A DNA stretch of 64,000 nt from Chloroflexota bacterium (GCA_027623195.1 JAQBUT010000004.1:32001-96000); one strand, 5' to 3'; counted from the stretch's first letter, positions 10,793-20,498 are shown. Program-made: numbers and translations. The notes: generated by a model not told the origin, from the sequence alone.

Positions 10793-11650
10793 ATGTTTGA
10801 AATTCAGTGGCTGTGGCTCATTCTAATGGGCCTGGGCACAGGGATTTACGGCGTGCTTGTTGGGGCCGGTGGTGGCTTTATTCTGGCTCCACTTCTTTTG
10901 ATATTCTTCCACAAGGATCCCGCAATGGTGGCCGGTACGGTTCTGGCACTGGTGGCCGTTAACAGTATCTCCGGCGCAATTACGTTCGGGCGCATGGGTA
11001 TCGTCGATAAGCGCAGTGCATACCTTTTCGCGGCGGCGGCCATTCCAGGATCTGTAATAGCCCCGTTCATACTGAAGGCCTTGGTTAAGGGTTCACCAGG
11101 CCTCTTCCATATTCTATTCGGGGTTATACTTTTACTCCTGGCCATTCGAATCCTAACCAAGCAAAAAAGCGATGCGGCGGAGCAGCAACCCCAAAGTGCG
11201 CCCGTGACATTGCCTGACACAAAGTTGGTTCGCAGTCGCACCATAATTTCAAAACGTGGTCAGACCTACAAATATCGATTTAATGAGGGGTCGGCCACTG
11301 CGATAAATTTCGTGCTCGGCTTCATATCCAGCTTCTTTGGTATTGGCGGAGGGTTCCTTCGCACCCCGATACTAATTTACGGCTTTGGCTTCCCGGTCCA
11401 GGTGGCAGTGGCGACATCGATATTCACATTGGCGTTCCCTGCCACGGCCGGAGCGCTGACCCATGCATGGCTGGGTCATGTCGATTTTTTCCCCACCTTC
11501 GTCCTTGCCGGCGCGGGCCTCATAGTCGGCGGTCAGATTGGCGCCAAGCTAACGGGCGTGGTTAAAGATCAATGGATAATGCGACTGCTTTTGCTAGTGG
11601 TATTCATACTGGGCATAAGTCTGATGATTCAGGGCTTCACAGGATTGTAA
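10793..11650 (+). CDS. TSUP (TauE/SafE-family) membrane transporter
   Basis: Hydrophobic protein with internal repeat GAGGGF..P / GIGGGF..P. Confidence 0.85.
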   Translation: MFEIQWLWLILMGLGTGIYGVLVGAGGGFILAPLLLIFFHKDPAMVAGTVLALVAVNSISGAITFGRMGIVDKRSAYLFAAAAIPGSVIAPFILKALVKGSPGLFHILFGVILLLLAIRILTKQKSDAAEQQPQSAPVTLPDTKLVRSRTIISKRGQTYKYRFNEGSATAINFVLGFISSFFGIGGGFLRTPILIYGFGFPVQVAVATSIFTLAFPATAGALTHAWLGHVDFFPTFVLAGAGLIVGGQIGAKLTGVVKDQWIMRLLLLVVFILGISLMIQGFTGL

Positions 11651-12825
11651 TGTCAGCTTTCACACTTGGCAAAACCGACGGTGACGCCCGCGCAGGCACT
11701 TTGCACACGCCGCACGGCGACGTTCCTACTCCCGCCTTCATGCCAGTGGCGACGCAAGGCTCTGTCAAGGCACTGGACCCTGATGATCTGAAGAAAGTCG
11801 GCGCCAGAATAGTGCTGTCCAACACCTACCATATGTACCTCAGGCCGGGTGTCGAGATAGTGCGCTCACTGGGTGGGCTGCATGGGTTTATGCAGTGGGA
11901 CGGCCCAATGCTAACCGACAGCGGCGGGTTCCAGGGCTTCAGCCTGGCACATCTTCGCAAGATCACCGAAGACGCCATCATATTCAAATCCCACATCGAC
12001 GGAAGCACGCACTACTTCAGCCCTGCCGCAGCGACGCAACACCAGGAGGGCCTGGGCGCTGACATCATCATGCCTTTAGATATCTGCGTGCCCGCAGACA
12101 GCGACCGCGCCACCGCTGATGCGGCTGTCGAAAAGACCAACCGCTGGGTGATGCTGTGCCGCGAAGCCCACACGCGACAGGACCAGCACCTTTTCGGAAT
12201 CGTGCAGGGTGGGCTATTCCCCGACCTTCGCAAGAAGTCGGCAGACTTCCTTACTTCGTTAGGCTTTCCGGGTTACGCGGTGGGCGGACTTAGTGTTGGA
12301 GAGTCCAAGCATGACATGTACGAAGCCGTCGGATTCACAACGCCTTTGTTGCCAAAGGATTCGCCACGTTACCTCATGGGCGTGGGCTCTCCGGAGGACC
12401 TGGTGGAGTGCGTGGCTCGCGGCATAGATATGTTCGACTGCGTGCTGCCGACAAGAATTGCCCGTAACGGCGCCCTGTTCGTGAAAAGCGGCCGGGTGAA
12501 CATCGACAACGCACGTTTCAGGTCAATGGACGCCCCGGTTGAAGAGGGCTGCGATTGCTACACCTGCCGCACCTTCTCCGCCGCCTACGTGCACCACCTG
12601 TTCAGGACCAAGGAGCTGCTGGCTTTCCGGCTAGCCACTATCCATAACCTTCGCTTCATACTGAGGCTAATGGAGGAGATGAGGGAGGCCATTCTGCAGG
12701 GGACATTCGCGGAGTACCACAATGCTTTCAACGAGCGTTTCACGGCACCGGACGAGGCTACGCGGAGGGAACAAAAGCGGAAGTGGTTGGATGCGCTGGC
12801 CAAGTCAAAATCGACTTCAGGATAA
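11650..12825 (+). CDS. tgt: tRNA-guanine transglycosylase
   Basis: TPAFMPVAT, NTYH, TDSGGFQ, GIVQGG, GGLSVGE, PRYLMGVG, DMFDCVLPTR, zinc motif CDCYTC...H; start overlaps TSUP stop (TAATG). Confidence 0.96.
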   Translation: MSAFTLGKTDGDARAGTLHTPHGDVPTPAFMPVATQGSVKALDPDDLKKVGARIVLSNTYHMYLRPGVEIVRSLGGLHGFMQWDGPMLTDSGGFQGFSLAHLRKITEDAIIFKSHIDGSTHYFSPAAATQHQEGLGADIIMPLDICVPADSDRATADAAVEKTNRWVMLCREAHTRQDQHLFGIVQGGLFPDLRKKSADFLTSLGFPGYAVGGLSVGESKHDMYEAVGFTTPLLPKDSPRYLMGVGSPEDLVECVARGIDMFDCVLPTRIARNGALFVKSGRVNIDNARFRSMDAPVEEGCDCYTCRTFSAAYVHHLFRTKELLAFRLATIHNLRFILRLMEEMREAILQGTFAEYHNAFNERFTAPDEATRREQKRKWLDALAKSKSTSG

Positions 12826-12895
12826 AACAAATGAAGAGGGCACAACCAGCCACGGCGGGTCATACCCTCTTCTAGAAAACTGAATGGCTATTAGG

Positions 12896-13174
12896 CTAGA
12901 AGCCGCCTGCTACGGCTGGCACGATGCTAACCTCGTCCCCGGTCTTGGTAGCCGTGCCCAAACCATCTAGGAAACGGACATCCTCTCCGTTCACGTATAT
13001 GTTAACGAAGTTCCTGAGCGCTCCCTGATCGTCACAGAGCCGACCCCTGATACCTGGATATTGCGCCTCCATCGAGTCGATGATTCCGCCCAGGGTTGCC
13101 CCCTCCACGGTCACTTTGTCGTCGCCGTTGGTAACCCGGCGAAGGGGCGTGGGAATTCTCACCATGATACTCAT
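12896..13174 (-). CDS. MoaD/ThiS/CysO-like ubiquitin-like sulfur carrier
   Basis: VRIPTPLR, FVNIYVNGEDVRFL, C-terminal IVPAVAGG-F. Confidence 0.9.
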   Translation of the reverse strand: MSIMVRIPTPLRRVTNGDDKVTVEGATLGGIIDSMEAQYPGIRGRLCDDQGALRNFVNIYVNGEDVRFLDGLGTATKTGDEVSIVPAVAGGF

Positions 13175-13248
13175 TCGTCCATTTCCTCCATCAGTTCGCT
13201 CTGCCTGAGCGCTGTTTGACTAGTTGGATGCTAAAAAAGATGTACGGG

Positions 13249-13491
13249 TTAACCTTCTACAACGTCGCCGCTAACAGGATCAACCCTGACGCCCGACTCG
13301 ACGATCCAATGCAGGCCTCTTTCGATTTCGTGTTCCTCGCCGTCGAGCTCTAGCACGACCCAGCCCATATTCTCGCGAACGTCGGCCCTGCGAATATTCG
13401 ACACGATCTCGAAGTTCTTTCCCAGCAGGTGGATTAGAGGCTCCTTAACCATGTCCTGCGGAAACGTAAGTTTGATTCGGCGACGAGTCAT
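13249..13491 (-). CDS. NIL-domain protein
   Basis: 80 aa, LTFP...EPLI...NIRRADV...GWVVLELDG. Confidence 0.8.
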   Translation of the reverse strand: MTRRRIKLTFPQDMVKEPLIHLLGKNFEIVSNIRRADVRENMGWVVLELDGEEHEIERGLHWIVESGVRVDPVSGDVVEG

Positions 13492-14729
13492 TGGCTTTTT
13501 CCATTCGTATGAGCGGCCATGGATTCCATAAAGTCGTTGTAGCTGGGGGAAGTGAAAACGGGGTTAATCACGCCCTCTATGGCCTCCTGGGTTTTGAGGC
13601 CGTTTCCGGTGATATAGGCCACCGTCACATCGTCGGGTTTGATCGCTCCGGAGAGGGCCAGCTTTCGCAGACCGGATATTACCACGCCGCCTGCCGTCTC
13701 CGTGAAGATTCCCTCGGTCTCAGCCAGAAGCTGAATGCCCTCGACGATCTCGTCCTCAGGCGCTATGACGGCGCTGCCATGGGAGTCCTGTATTGTTTGG
13801 ATGGAGTAGAATCCGTCCGCTGGATTCCCGATGGCCAAGGACTTCGCAATGGTGTTCGGTGTAACCGGTCGCACATGAGGCGTACCCTCTTCATATGCCC
13901 TCGCTATGGGCGAGCAACCTTCCGCCTGAGCCATGTGCATTCTAGTATCGTTCTTTTCTATCAACCCAAGGTCGGTTAGCTCTTTTAGGCCCTTCCATAT
14001 CTTGGTGAACAGAGACCCTGATGCGCCAGGGACCACACAAACGTCCGGTGCCCTCCAGCCCAGTTGCTCCGCCACCTCGTAAGCAAGGGTCTTGCTCCCC
14101 TCGGAATAGAAGGGGCGCATATTGATATTAACGAATGCCCAACGGTGATTGTCCGCCAGCTCACTGCAAAGGCGGTTTACCTGGTCGTAGTTACCCTCCA
14201 CGGCCACCAACGTAGCACCGTAGATACCGGCCCCCAGAATCTTGCCCCGCTCCAGGTCTGCCGGGAAAAAGACCATGGTGTCCATACCGGCCTTGGCTCC
14301 GTGGGCCGACACTGATCCAGCCAGGTTACCCGTGGAGGCGCAGGCCAGCGTATCAAATTCGAATTCCAAGGCTTTTGCAGACGCAGTCGCGACCACCCGG
14401 TCCTTGAAAGAGAACGTAGGATTAACACTGTCGTTCTTGATGTACAGCTTGTTAAGCCCGAGCTTACCGCCCAGGTTCTTGGCATGGATAAGAGGTGTAA
14501 ATCCGGTGCCCATATCCAAAGCCATTTCGACGTCCACGGGCAGAAGATCGTGGTAACGCCACATGGTCAGAGGCCCTTTGGCTATGCTTTCGTGACTGAT
14601 GACTCTGGCAATGGAATCGTAGTCGTATGCGACCTCCAATGGCCCGAAGCAGAAATCACAAACGTATATGGGCTCTACCGGGTACTCGGTGCCGCACTCG
14701 CGACATCGAAGGCACTTCACATGGGACAC
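13488..14729 (-). CDS. thrC: threonine synthase-like PLP enzyme
   Basis: Zinc ribbon CREC...CDFC, NPTFSFKDR (PLP Lys), CASTGN, EGSKT, ITGNGLK; GTG start after GGAGG. Confidence 0.85.
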   Translation of the reverse strand: MSHVKCLRCRECGTEYPVEPIYVCDFCFGPLEVAYDYDSIARVISHESIAKGPLTMWRYHDLLPVDVEMALDMGTGFTPLIHAKNLGGKLGLNKLYIKNDSVNPTFSFKDRVVATASAKALEFEFDTLACASTGNLAGSVSAHGAKAGMDTMVFFPADLERGKILGAGIYGATLVAVEGNYDQVNRLCSELADNHRWAFVNINMRPFYSEGSKTLAYEVAEQLGWRAPDVCVVPGASGSLFTKIWKGLKELTDLGLIEKNDTRMHMAQAEGCSPIARAYEEGTPHVRPVTPNTIAKSLAIGNPADGFYSIQTIQDSHGSAVIAPEDEIVEGIQLLAETEGIFTETAGGVVISGLRKLALSGAIKPDDVTVAYITGNGLKTQEAIEGVINPVFTSPSYNDFMESMAAHTNGKSQ

Positions 14730-14800
14730 TTGTCCCCTCCCCACAAACTGAATCGTTCAATTATACAAAAACCCGCTAGGTGCGGGCAATAAACATCGGA

Positions 14801-14830
14801 ATCTTAGCAATTTACAAGGGTTATTGTCAA
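14801..14830 (-). promoter_or_regulatory. sigma70-type promoter for thrC-NIL-moaD
   Basis: TTGACA-18 nt-TAAGAT with TG extended -10 on the minus strand. Confidence 0.5.
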
Positions 14831-14950
14831 CCAGCCGCCCCGTGGGACAGGTGCGCAGCCTCTTTGTCCTTCACGCGTCGGCGTACCCATCTGTAACGGA
14901 CTTGTGGACTCATAAAATGCCTTATATACTTTACCAGTAAGCCACAGGGG

Positions 14951-15610
14951 GTGACTATGGCGCCCAGAGAACGAAACCTTCCCCTATTTCCGCTCAACAC
15001 GGTTCTGTTTCCTAATGCTAGCTTGCCACTTCAGATATTTGAGGATCGGTACAAGGAAATGCTGCAGGACTGCCTTGACGCGGACTCCAGATTCGGGATT
15101 GTCCTTATCAAAGAAGGCCAAGAGGTCGGCGAGGGAGCCGTCCCCTACGGCATAGGCACGGTGGGCCATATCGTCCAGGTTAACGAAGCAAGAGGCGGAA
15201 ATCGGTTCTTCGTTTCTATCCAGGGCGAGCGTCGGTTCTCCATCAAGAACATAACTCAACACCGGCCATACATGACCGCAGATGTGGTGTTGCTGGACGA
15301 CGAGTCCCAGCCGGACCTGGTTGGCGAGGAGATGGAGGACGTAAAAAAGGCGCTGATCCAGTATCGAAGTCTGATAACCGGATTGGAAGGCGGCTGGCAA
15401 GGCGAGGCCAATATCACAGCCAATCCCGTTTACCTTTCCTACCACATCGCCAGCGTGCTGCAGATCAAGATGCGTGAGCGCCAGGCTCTCCTGGAAGAAC
15501 CCTCTGCCTCCGCCCGATTGCAAGCAGAGTTGAAATACCTTCAGCGTGATGTGGAGGCGCTAACGCGCCAGGTCTCCCGAAACCTCCGCCGCAAATTCAG
15601 CAATCAATAG
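14951..15610 (+). CDS. Lon peptidase N-terminal (substrate-binding) domain protein
   Basis: LPLFPLNTVLFP..LPLQIFE.RY..M, GERRF, RQALLE. Confidence 0.9.
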   Translation: MTMAPRERNLPLFPLNTVLFPNASLPLQIFEDRYKEMLQDCLDADSRFGIVLIKEGQEVGEGAVPYGIGTVGHIVQVNEARGGNRFFVSIQGERRFSIKNITQHRPYMTADVVLLDDESQPDLVGEEMEDVKKALIQYRSLITGLEGGWQGEANITANPVYLSYHIASVLQIKMRERQALLEEPSASARLQAELKYLQRDVEALTRQVSRNLRRKFSNQ

Positions 15611-15780
15611 TTTGGGATCGTCGGGCAAAAGAGGACTGGTCAAGTGGTGACAGGTTCGATTGCCAGAACGCATCGAGAAATGCGAATCTATTCGCAAATG
15701 GAGTCCCGGCTGACACTCTCTGGATTTAACATTCGTGGTGAGTTCGTCGAACCACAGGCCAACGTACCCGACCCTATCAT

Positions 15781-16713
15781 TTACTCAGCCGCTGGGAATT
15801 TTGTAAGGCGGACGGCATCATTCGCCTGAAGCGGCGCATCGAAGATCCCTGGCTGAACCACCTGTGCCAACAACTCCAACGCATCAACCAGCCTTGGCCC
15901 GCTACGGCTGAAGTAAGCGCTGGCATCCGCCATGTATGCCCTACCTTCGCGAACAGCCCTTAGCTCTTTCCACTCGCCCAGGTTTTCAAGACCGGATAAC
16001 TCTTTTACGCCCCGCGTTACGCCCATGCCGCAAGGCATCATAAGCAGAACGTCGGGGTCGGCATTTCGCAAATCGTCCATCGTGATGCGCTTGGAGGGCT
16101 GACCCGGTTCGGCCAATGCGTCAACACCGCCTGCCATCTCCACCATCTCCGGCACCCAGTGACCAGCCACGATTGTCGGCTCCAACCACTCGATGCAGGC
16201 CACGCGGGGCTTATCCTCAGCCGACGCAGCCTGAGAACGTACCTTGTAAATCCTGGATTGAAGTTCGGCGGCTATCTCTTTGGCTCGGGGAAGAGTACCC
16301 GTAAAACGCCCCACGTTCTCAATGTCCTGTAGCACGTCGCCGATGCTGCCAGGGTCTAAAGACATTACAACCGGCGGCATTTCCAGTTGCACAACCGCCT
16401 GCTGAACATCTTCGTAAGACACGGCACAAACGTCGCATAGCTCCTGCGTAAGAACCAGCTCCGGCTTCAGTTCCTCAAGGGCCTTCTGATCAACCTCGTA
16501 AATTCGTTCGCCTCGTGCGTACATTTCTGAGACAACGCGGTCGATTTCCTTGCCGCTCAAGGACGACGCGTCGAACTTGCTCCGAACGACTTTGGGCTTA
16601 GCGAGCGCCTCAGTGGGGAAGTCGCATTCGTGGCTAACGGCCATCAATGAGTCGCCAAGCCCCAGAGCGTAAACGATCTCCGTGGCGCTGGGCAAAAAGG
16701 AACATATCCTCAT
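15781..16713 (-). CDS. BtuF/TroA-like cobalamin-binding protein without signal peptide
   Basis: MRICSFLPSATEIVYALG, SHECDFP, TQELCDVCAV, GHWVPEM, FSRSGPRLVD. Confidence 0.85.
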   Translation of the reverse strand: MRICSFLPSATEIVYALGLGDSLMAVSHECDFPTEALAKPKVVRSKFDASSLSGKEIDRVVSEMYARGERIYEVDQKALEELKPELVLTQELCDVCAVSYEDVQQAVVQLEMPPVVMSLDPGSIGDVLQDIENVGRFTGTLPRAKEIAAELQSRIYKVRSQAASAEDKPRVACIEWLEPTIVAGHWVPEMVEMAGGVDALAEPGQPSKRITMDDLRNADPDVLLMMPCGMGVTRGVKELSGLENLGEWKELRAVREGRAYMADASAYFSRSGPRLVDALELLAQVVQPGIFDAPLQANDAVRLTKFPAAE

Positions 16714-16842
16714 TATTTTTAAATCCGTTCTTTTGAGTCTTATTGATTACGATATTCCAAAGCATTGGCAATATTGGGAAAGGTCAAAATGCCGCAAGTC
16801 CCAGTGTCGCGGCCAATCGTACCATAGCAGCGCGGGCAAAAT

Positions 16843-16875
16843 GAAAGGCCGACAGGAACATCCCGTCGGCCTTTC
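16843..16875 (-). terminator. terminator-like hairpin after the aminotransferase gene
   Basis: gaaaggccgac...gtcggcctttc inverted repeat. Confidence 0.6.
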
Positions 16876-16896
16876 TCACATTAAGCTAAGTCGGTG

Positions 16897-18102
16897 CTAA
16901 GCGTTGAGCACGCCTTCTTTAGCAAAGGAATCCGCAAGACGGGCTATGCCTTCATGGATATCCTCGGGGGTGTTGTATCCGAAGCACAGCCGGGCGTAGT
17001 TCTTGCCAGACACGCCATCAGGAGCGAATAGAGGGCCGGACTGGTATCCAACGTCGGCCGTATCCAGAACCTTGTCGCGAATGGCCTGAAGGTCGGCCTC
17101 TTCCTGCATCTTAAGCCAGATGAACAGACCACCCTTAGGCTCGCTCCATTCAGCTGCGGAGCCGAAATTCTCGCCCAGAGCGGCAATCATGGCGTCGCGC
17201 TTGCCCCTCTGAATGTTATTTATCTCTACGATGTGTTCGTCCAGGTGGCCCGTGGCGTAACGATGTACGGCCCAGGCGGCGAACTGGTTGACGGATCCGC
17301 CACTCTTCACGCCCCTGGCAATGTCCATTACAGCTTTGGGGGCCGTCATGTAACCCAGGCGCATCCCAGGACCGATAATCTTCGAGAATGAGGCCGTGTA
17401 CATCACGCTGCCTGTGTCGTCCATCGAGTAAATGGAAGGGACAGATTCCCCCTCGTATCGAAGGTCGACGTAGCAGTCGTCTTCCAGAATTGGCACGCCG
17501 TACTGATGCGATATCTTCAGCATGGCCTCTCGCCGCTCTCGGGTGGCGGTCCACCCCTGTGGGTTCTGAAAGGTTGGGATGGTGTAGATGAACTTGGGCT
17601 TCTTGCCCTGGCCGATGGCATTCTTGATAGTGGATTCCAGGGCGTCGGGCAGCATGCCCTCCTGGTCGCAGGCCACACCGCGAATGTCCGTGTGAAAGCG
17701 TCGGAGTTGCCCCAGCGTACCCGAATACACGAAGTCCTCTGTAAGGACAACGTCACCAGGGTCCAGCAGCGTCTCGCATATCATATGTATGGGCTGCCCG
17801 GAGCCGTCGCCCAGAATGATATCGTCAGCAGAAACGTTGATACCGCTATCGCGAGCCAGTTTTTGAGCGACAAATTCTCTTAATGGAGAATAGCCACTCT
17901 GATGGGTATAGAGGGCCAGATCTCCGCCCTCTTCCGCCATGGCTTCCTTCAGACCTTCCAGCAGGCCATCGGTCGGCACGGAGGCCGGATCGGGGTATGC
18001 AACAGCAAAGTCGTATTTGCCCCGCTTCACTATAGGCGCTTCTCTGGGTTCTGGAGAGTTTTTTGCGAACAGTCCCTCAAAGCTGAACTGGGAACCTGCC
18101 AT
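16897..18102 (-). CDS. PLP-dependent class I/II aminotransferase (Aro8/LysN-like)
   Basis: YTIPTFQNPQG, ILEDDCY, SFSKIIGPGMRLG, PKGGLFIW. Confidence 0.9.
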   Translation of the reverse strand: MAGSQFSFEGLFAKNSPEPREAPIVKRGKYDFAVAYPDPASVPTDGLLEGLKEAMAEEGGDLALYTHQSGYSPLREFVAQKLARDSGINVSADDIILGDGSGQPIHMICETLLDPGDVVLTEDFVYSGTLGQLRRFHTDIRGVACDQEGMLPDALESTIKNAIGQGKKPKFIYTIPTFQNPQGWTATRERREAMLKISHQYGVPILEDDCYVDLRYEGESVPSIYSMDDTGSVMYTASFSKIIGPGMRLGYMTAPKAVMDIARGVKSGGSVNQFAAWAVHRYATGHLDEHIVEINNIQRGKRDAMIAALGENFGSAAEWSEPKGGLFIWLKMQEEADLQAIRDKVLDTADVGYQSGPLFAPDGVSGKNYARLCFGYNTPEDIHEGIARLADSFAKEGVLNA

Positions 18103-18321
18103 TCGTCATCCTCCTTGATCCGGCGTTTTGGGGTGCGGCACAATTACGAGCGTGCCACAGGGCTGTACCGGCAATTTACCGATTAGTGTATTACCTTTCC
18201 TGAAAGAATACAACGCACCTCAAAGGAACAAGCCAATGGCCTTTACAGGGGCATAAGGGCGTGCTATGAAATAAGGGAATACCTCTAGACATCTGCAGTC
18301 TCGACGAGATCGTCAGGCGCA

Positions 18322-18876
18322 ATGAACAGGACGCATTTGCTTACATTCATCAGGGTACTGTTTCTGGGCTTGGTAGCCGCCACATTTCTGACGAACTTGG
18401 GATGGAGGAAACGCCTCGTTATCCTGGCCTTTTCCGGCCTCGGACTAATTGTGGGGTCTATCATTGTTATTTCGCTTACGAGCAATACAAGCAAAGAGCC
18501 AACTTTGCCCACATCGCCTACTGCCATAGTAGTAGTCTCGCCGGCCCCCACTCGAGAGCCTGAGGAACCCAGCTTCGAATCTGCATGCCGACTATTCCGG
18601 CTGGTTGTGCAAGATATTGAATCAGACCAACTAGGGGCATTCGACGAACGCAACCGGCGATTCAATGAGATTCGGGCCAACGCCAAGTTTCCGGGTTCGC
18701 CAGCCTCGTTTCTCGATCTAATTAACACCTATGCAGCCGCAGTGGACAAGAAGTTGGGTGTAGACGGGGCAGCAGAGCCTCCTATTTTCACGGAGACTGA
18801 CGTAATAGTGCTGGACAGGGCCATACGCAGGTCCCGCGACGATATGCTCAGCGAATGCCGCGCCAGGGAGGGCTAA
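18322..18876 (+). CDS. hypothetical membrane-anchored protein with Pro/Thr linker
   Basis: 184-aa ORF filling the gap; hydrophobic N-terminus, PTLPTSPT linker; start uncertain. Confidence 0.55.
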   Translation: MNRTHLLTFIRVLFLGLVAATFLTNLGWRKRLVILAFSGLGLIVGSIIVISLTSNTSKEPTLPTSPTAIVVVSPAPTREPEEPSFESACRLFRLVVQDIESDQLGAFDERNRRFNEIRANAKFPGSPASFLDLINTYAAAVDKKLGVDGAAEPPIFTETDVIVLDRAIRRSRDDMLSECRAREG

Positions 18877-20087
18877 ACGACGCCCATCTCCCTGAGCCGA
18901 ACGAGGTCTTCTTTTGAGAATCCCAGCAGGTCGCCGTAAACCTCCTGGTTATGCTGACCCAGCGTAGGCGCGGGGTTCAGTTCCCAGTCGATGCCTCGCG
19001 GCTGATAGGGGCCGACCGGGTACTCCAGTTCCCCTGCCACAGGGTGAAGGACCTTGGTGAAGTAGTCTCGCTCTCGCAGGTGCTCCCAGCCTAGAATGTC
19101 CTCGGGTGAGGCGACGTAGGCGAAGGCCAGTCCCATATCCTGGGCCTTCTCGAATATCTCGCGCTTGCGGTGCTCCAAGAGCCAGGGCAACATCAGGCCG
19201 TCTAGCTCGTCTGCGTTGGCGCCTCTACCAGCGCGGTCGTCGAACTTGGGATCGGCCAGAGCGCCAATCTCCATGAGCTCGGAAACCTGCGGCCACCGAT
19301 GGTCTGGGCCGGCAATCACTCCAACGTATCCATCTTTGCAAGGATAAGGCCCCCATGCTGCGCGTCCGTAACCGCGGTTGCCCGTCCTTCGAAAGTTGCT
19401 GCCGGTGTAGCTGTACTGGCTGAGGGCGTTTTCGAGAATGGTCGAAAGGTACTCCGATATGGCCACGTCCACCTGCTGGCCCTGCCCGGTGCTATCGCGG
19501 TGCCACAGCGCGCTCAGCGTGCCGACGAAGCCATTTTGACCTGCCCCATACTGAGCCAGTCGAACGCCCATGTGCAGCGGTTCCCTGTCCGGGTCGCCGG
19601 TGATGTACATGAGTCCGCCCAGGGCGTACAGATTGATCTCTCTAGCGGAGTAGTCACGATATGGCCCCGTCTGCCCAAAATTGGAGATGGACGTCATCAC
19701 CAGTTCTGGCTTGATGCCCTTTAGAGTCTCGTAGTCCAGGCCCAGGCTAGCCATAACCCTGGGCTGGTAATTTTCGACGACAACGTCGGCCCAACCCAGC
19801 ATCTCAAGGAAGATGTTTTTCCCAGTCGACTTTTTTAGATCGAGAGTTACGCTTTTCTTGCTGCAGTTGAGGGCAAGGAACAGCCCGCTCTTCTCAGGGT
19901 CTGGATTGTCGTCAGGGAAGGGCCCGAGGTGCCTGGAAGGGTCGCCAAAGCCTGGACGCTCGATCTTGATAACATCAGCGCCCTGCGTGGCCATGAGACG
20001 TGTAGCGTAAGGCCCAGCCACGTAGTGCGTTAGGTCCAACACCTTGAGTCCCGACAGCAGCCCCTGATTGGTCAGTGGTTCTTCTAT
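18873..20087 (-). CDS. CaiB/BaiF family III CoA-transferase
   Basis: LSGLKVLDLT, AGPYA, GADVIKIE, KKSVTLDLK, ENYQP, SNFGQTGPY, APTLGQHN; family N-terminus extends upstream of the ORF-track GTG, probable ATA start after AAGGA. Confidence 0.9.
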   Translation of the reverse strand: MEEPLTNQGLLSGLKVLDLTHYVAGPYATRLMATQGADVIKIERPGFGDPSRHLGPFPDDNPDPEKSGLFLALNCSKKSVTLDLKKSTGKNIFLEMLGWADVVVENYQPRVMASLGLDYETLKGIKPELVMTSISNFGQTGPYRDYSAREINLYALGGLMYITGDPDREPLHMGVRLAQYGAGQNGFVGTLSALWHRDSTGQGQQVDVAISEYLSTILENALSQYSYTGSNFRRTGNRGYGRAAWGPYPCKDGYVGVIAGPDHRWPQVSELMEIGALADPKFDDRAGRGANADELDGLMLPWLLEHRKREIFEKAQDMGLAFAYVASPEDILGWEHLRERDYFTKVLHPVAGELEYPVGPYQPRGIDWELNPAPTLGQHNQEVYGDLLGFSKEDLVRLREMGVV

Positions 20088-20126
20088 GGTAAGTCCTTAT
20101 TCCGGAGTTCGGCTGGCAACCGCCAA

Positions 20127-20498
20127 CTACTGAATGGGTATAACGGCCCGCTTGTGGTTGGCCACCGCGATGCGCTTGTCCGGCCCCTCGTAGACCTCAA
20201 TGTCGTAGGTCAACCTGTTCCGATCGACCCCGGAGAGCAGTACCTTGACTTGCACCTTCTCGCCCAGGGCGGTCGGCGCAACGTGTCGCAACCCATCGAC
20301 GGCATACCCGACGGTCGTGTGCTGCTCAGGCAGGTAAGGCTCGGACTGCAGGATGCATGTGTTCTCCATCAGGCCCAACAGCGCCGGGGTGGAGAGCACG
20401 TCGGCCCCTTCCTTACCCATCCGGTTGACACTGTGGTCTTTCGTGATCACAACCTCCTGCTCGAAGGTCTGCCCCATCTGGAATTTATCCATTGTCAT
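20127..20498 (-). CDS. hotdog-fold thioesterase (fluoroacetyl-CoA thioesterase FlK-like)
   Basis: VLSTPALLGLME, TTVG, HVAPTALG, HKRAVI. Confidence 0.8.
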   Translation of the reverse strand: MTMDKFQMGQTFEQEVVITKDHSVNRMGKEGADVLSTPALLGLMENTCILQSEPYLPEQHTTVGYAVDGLRHVAPTALGEKVQVKVLLSGVDRNRLTYDIEVYEGPDKRIAVANHKRAVIPIQ

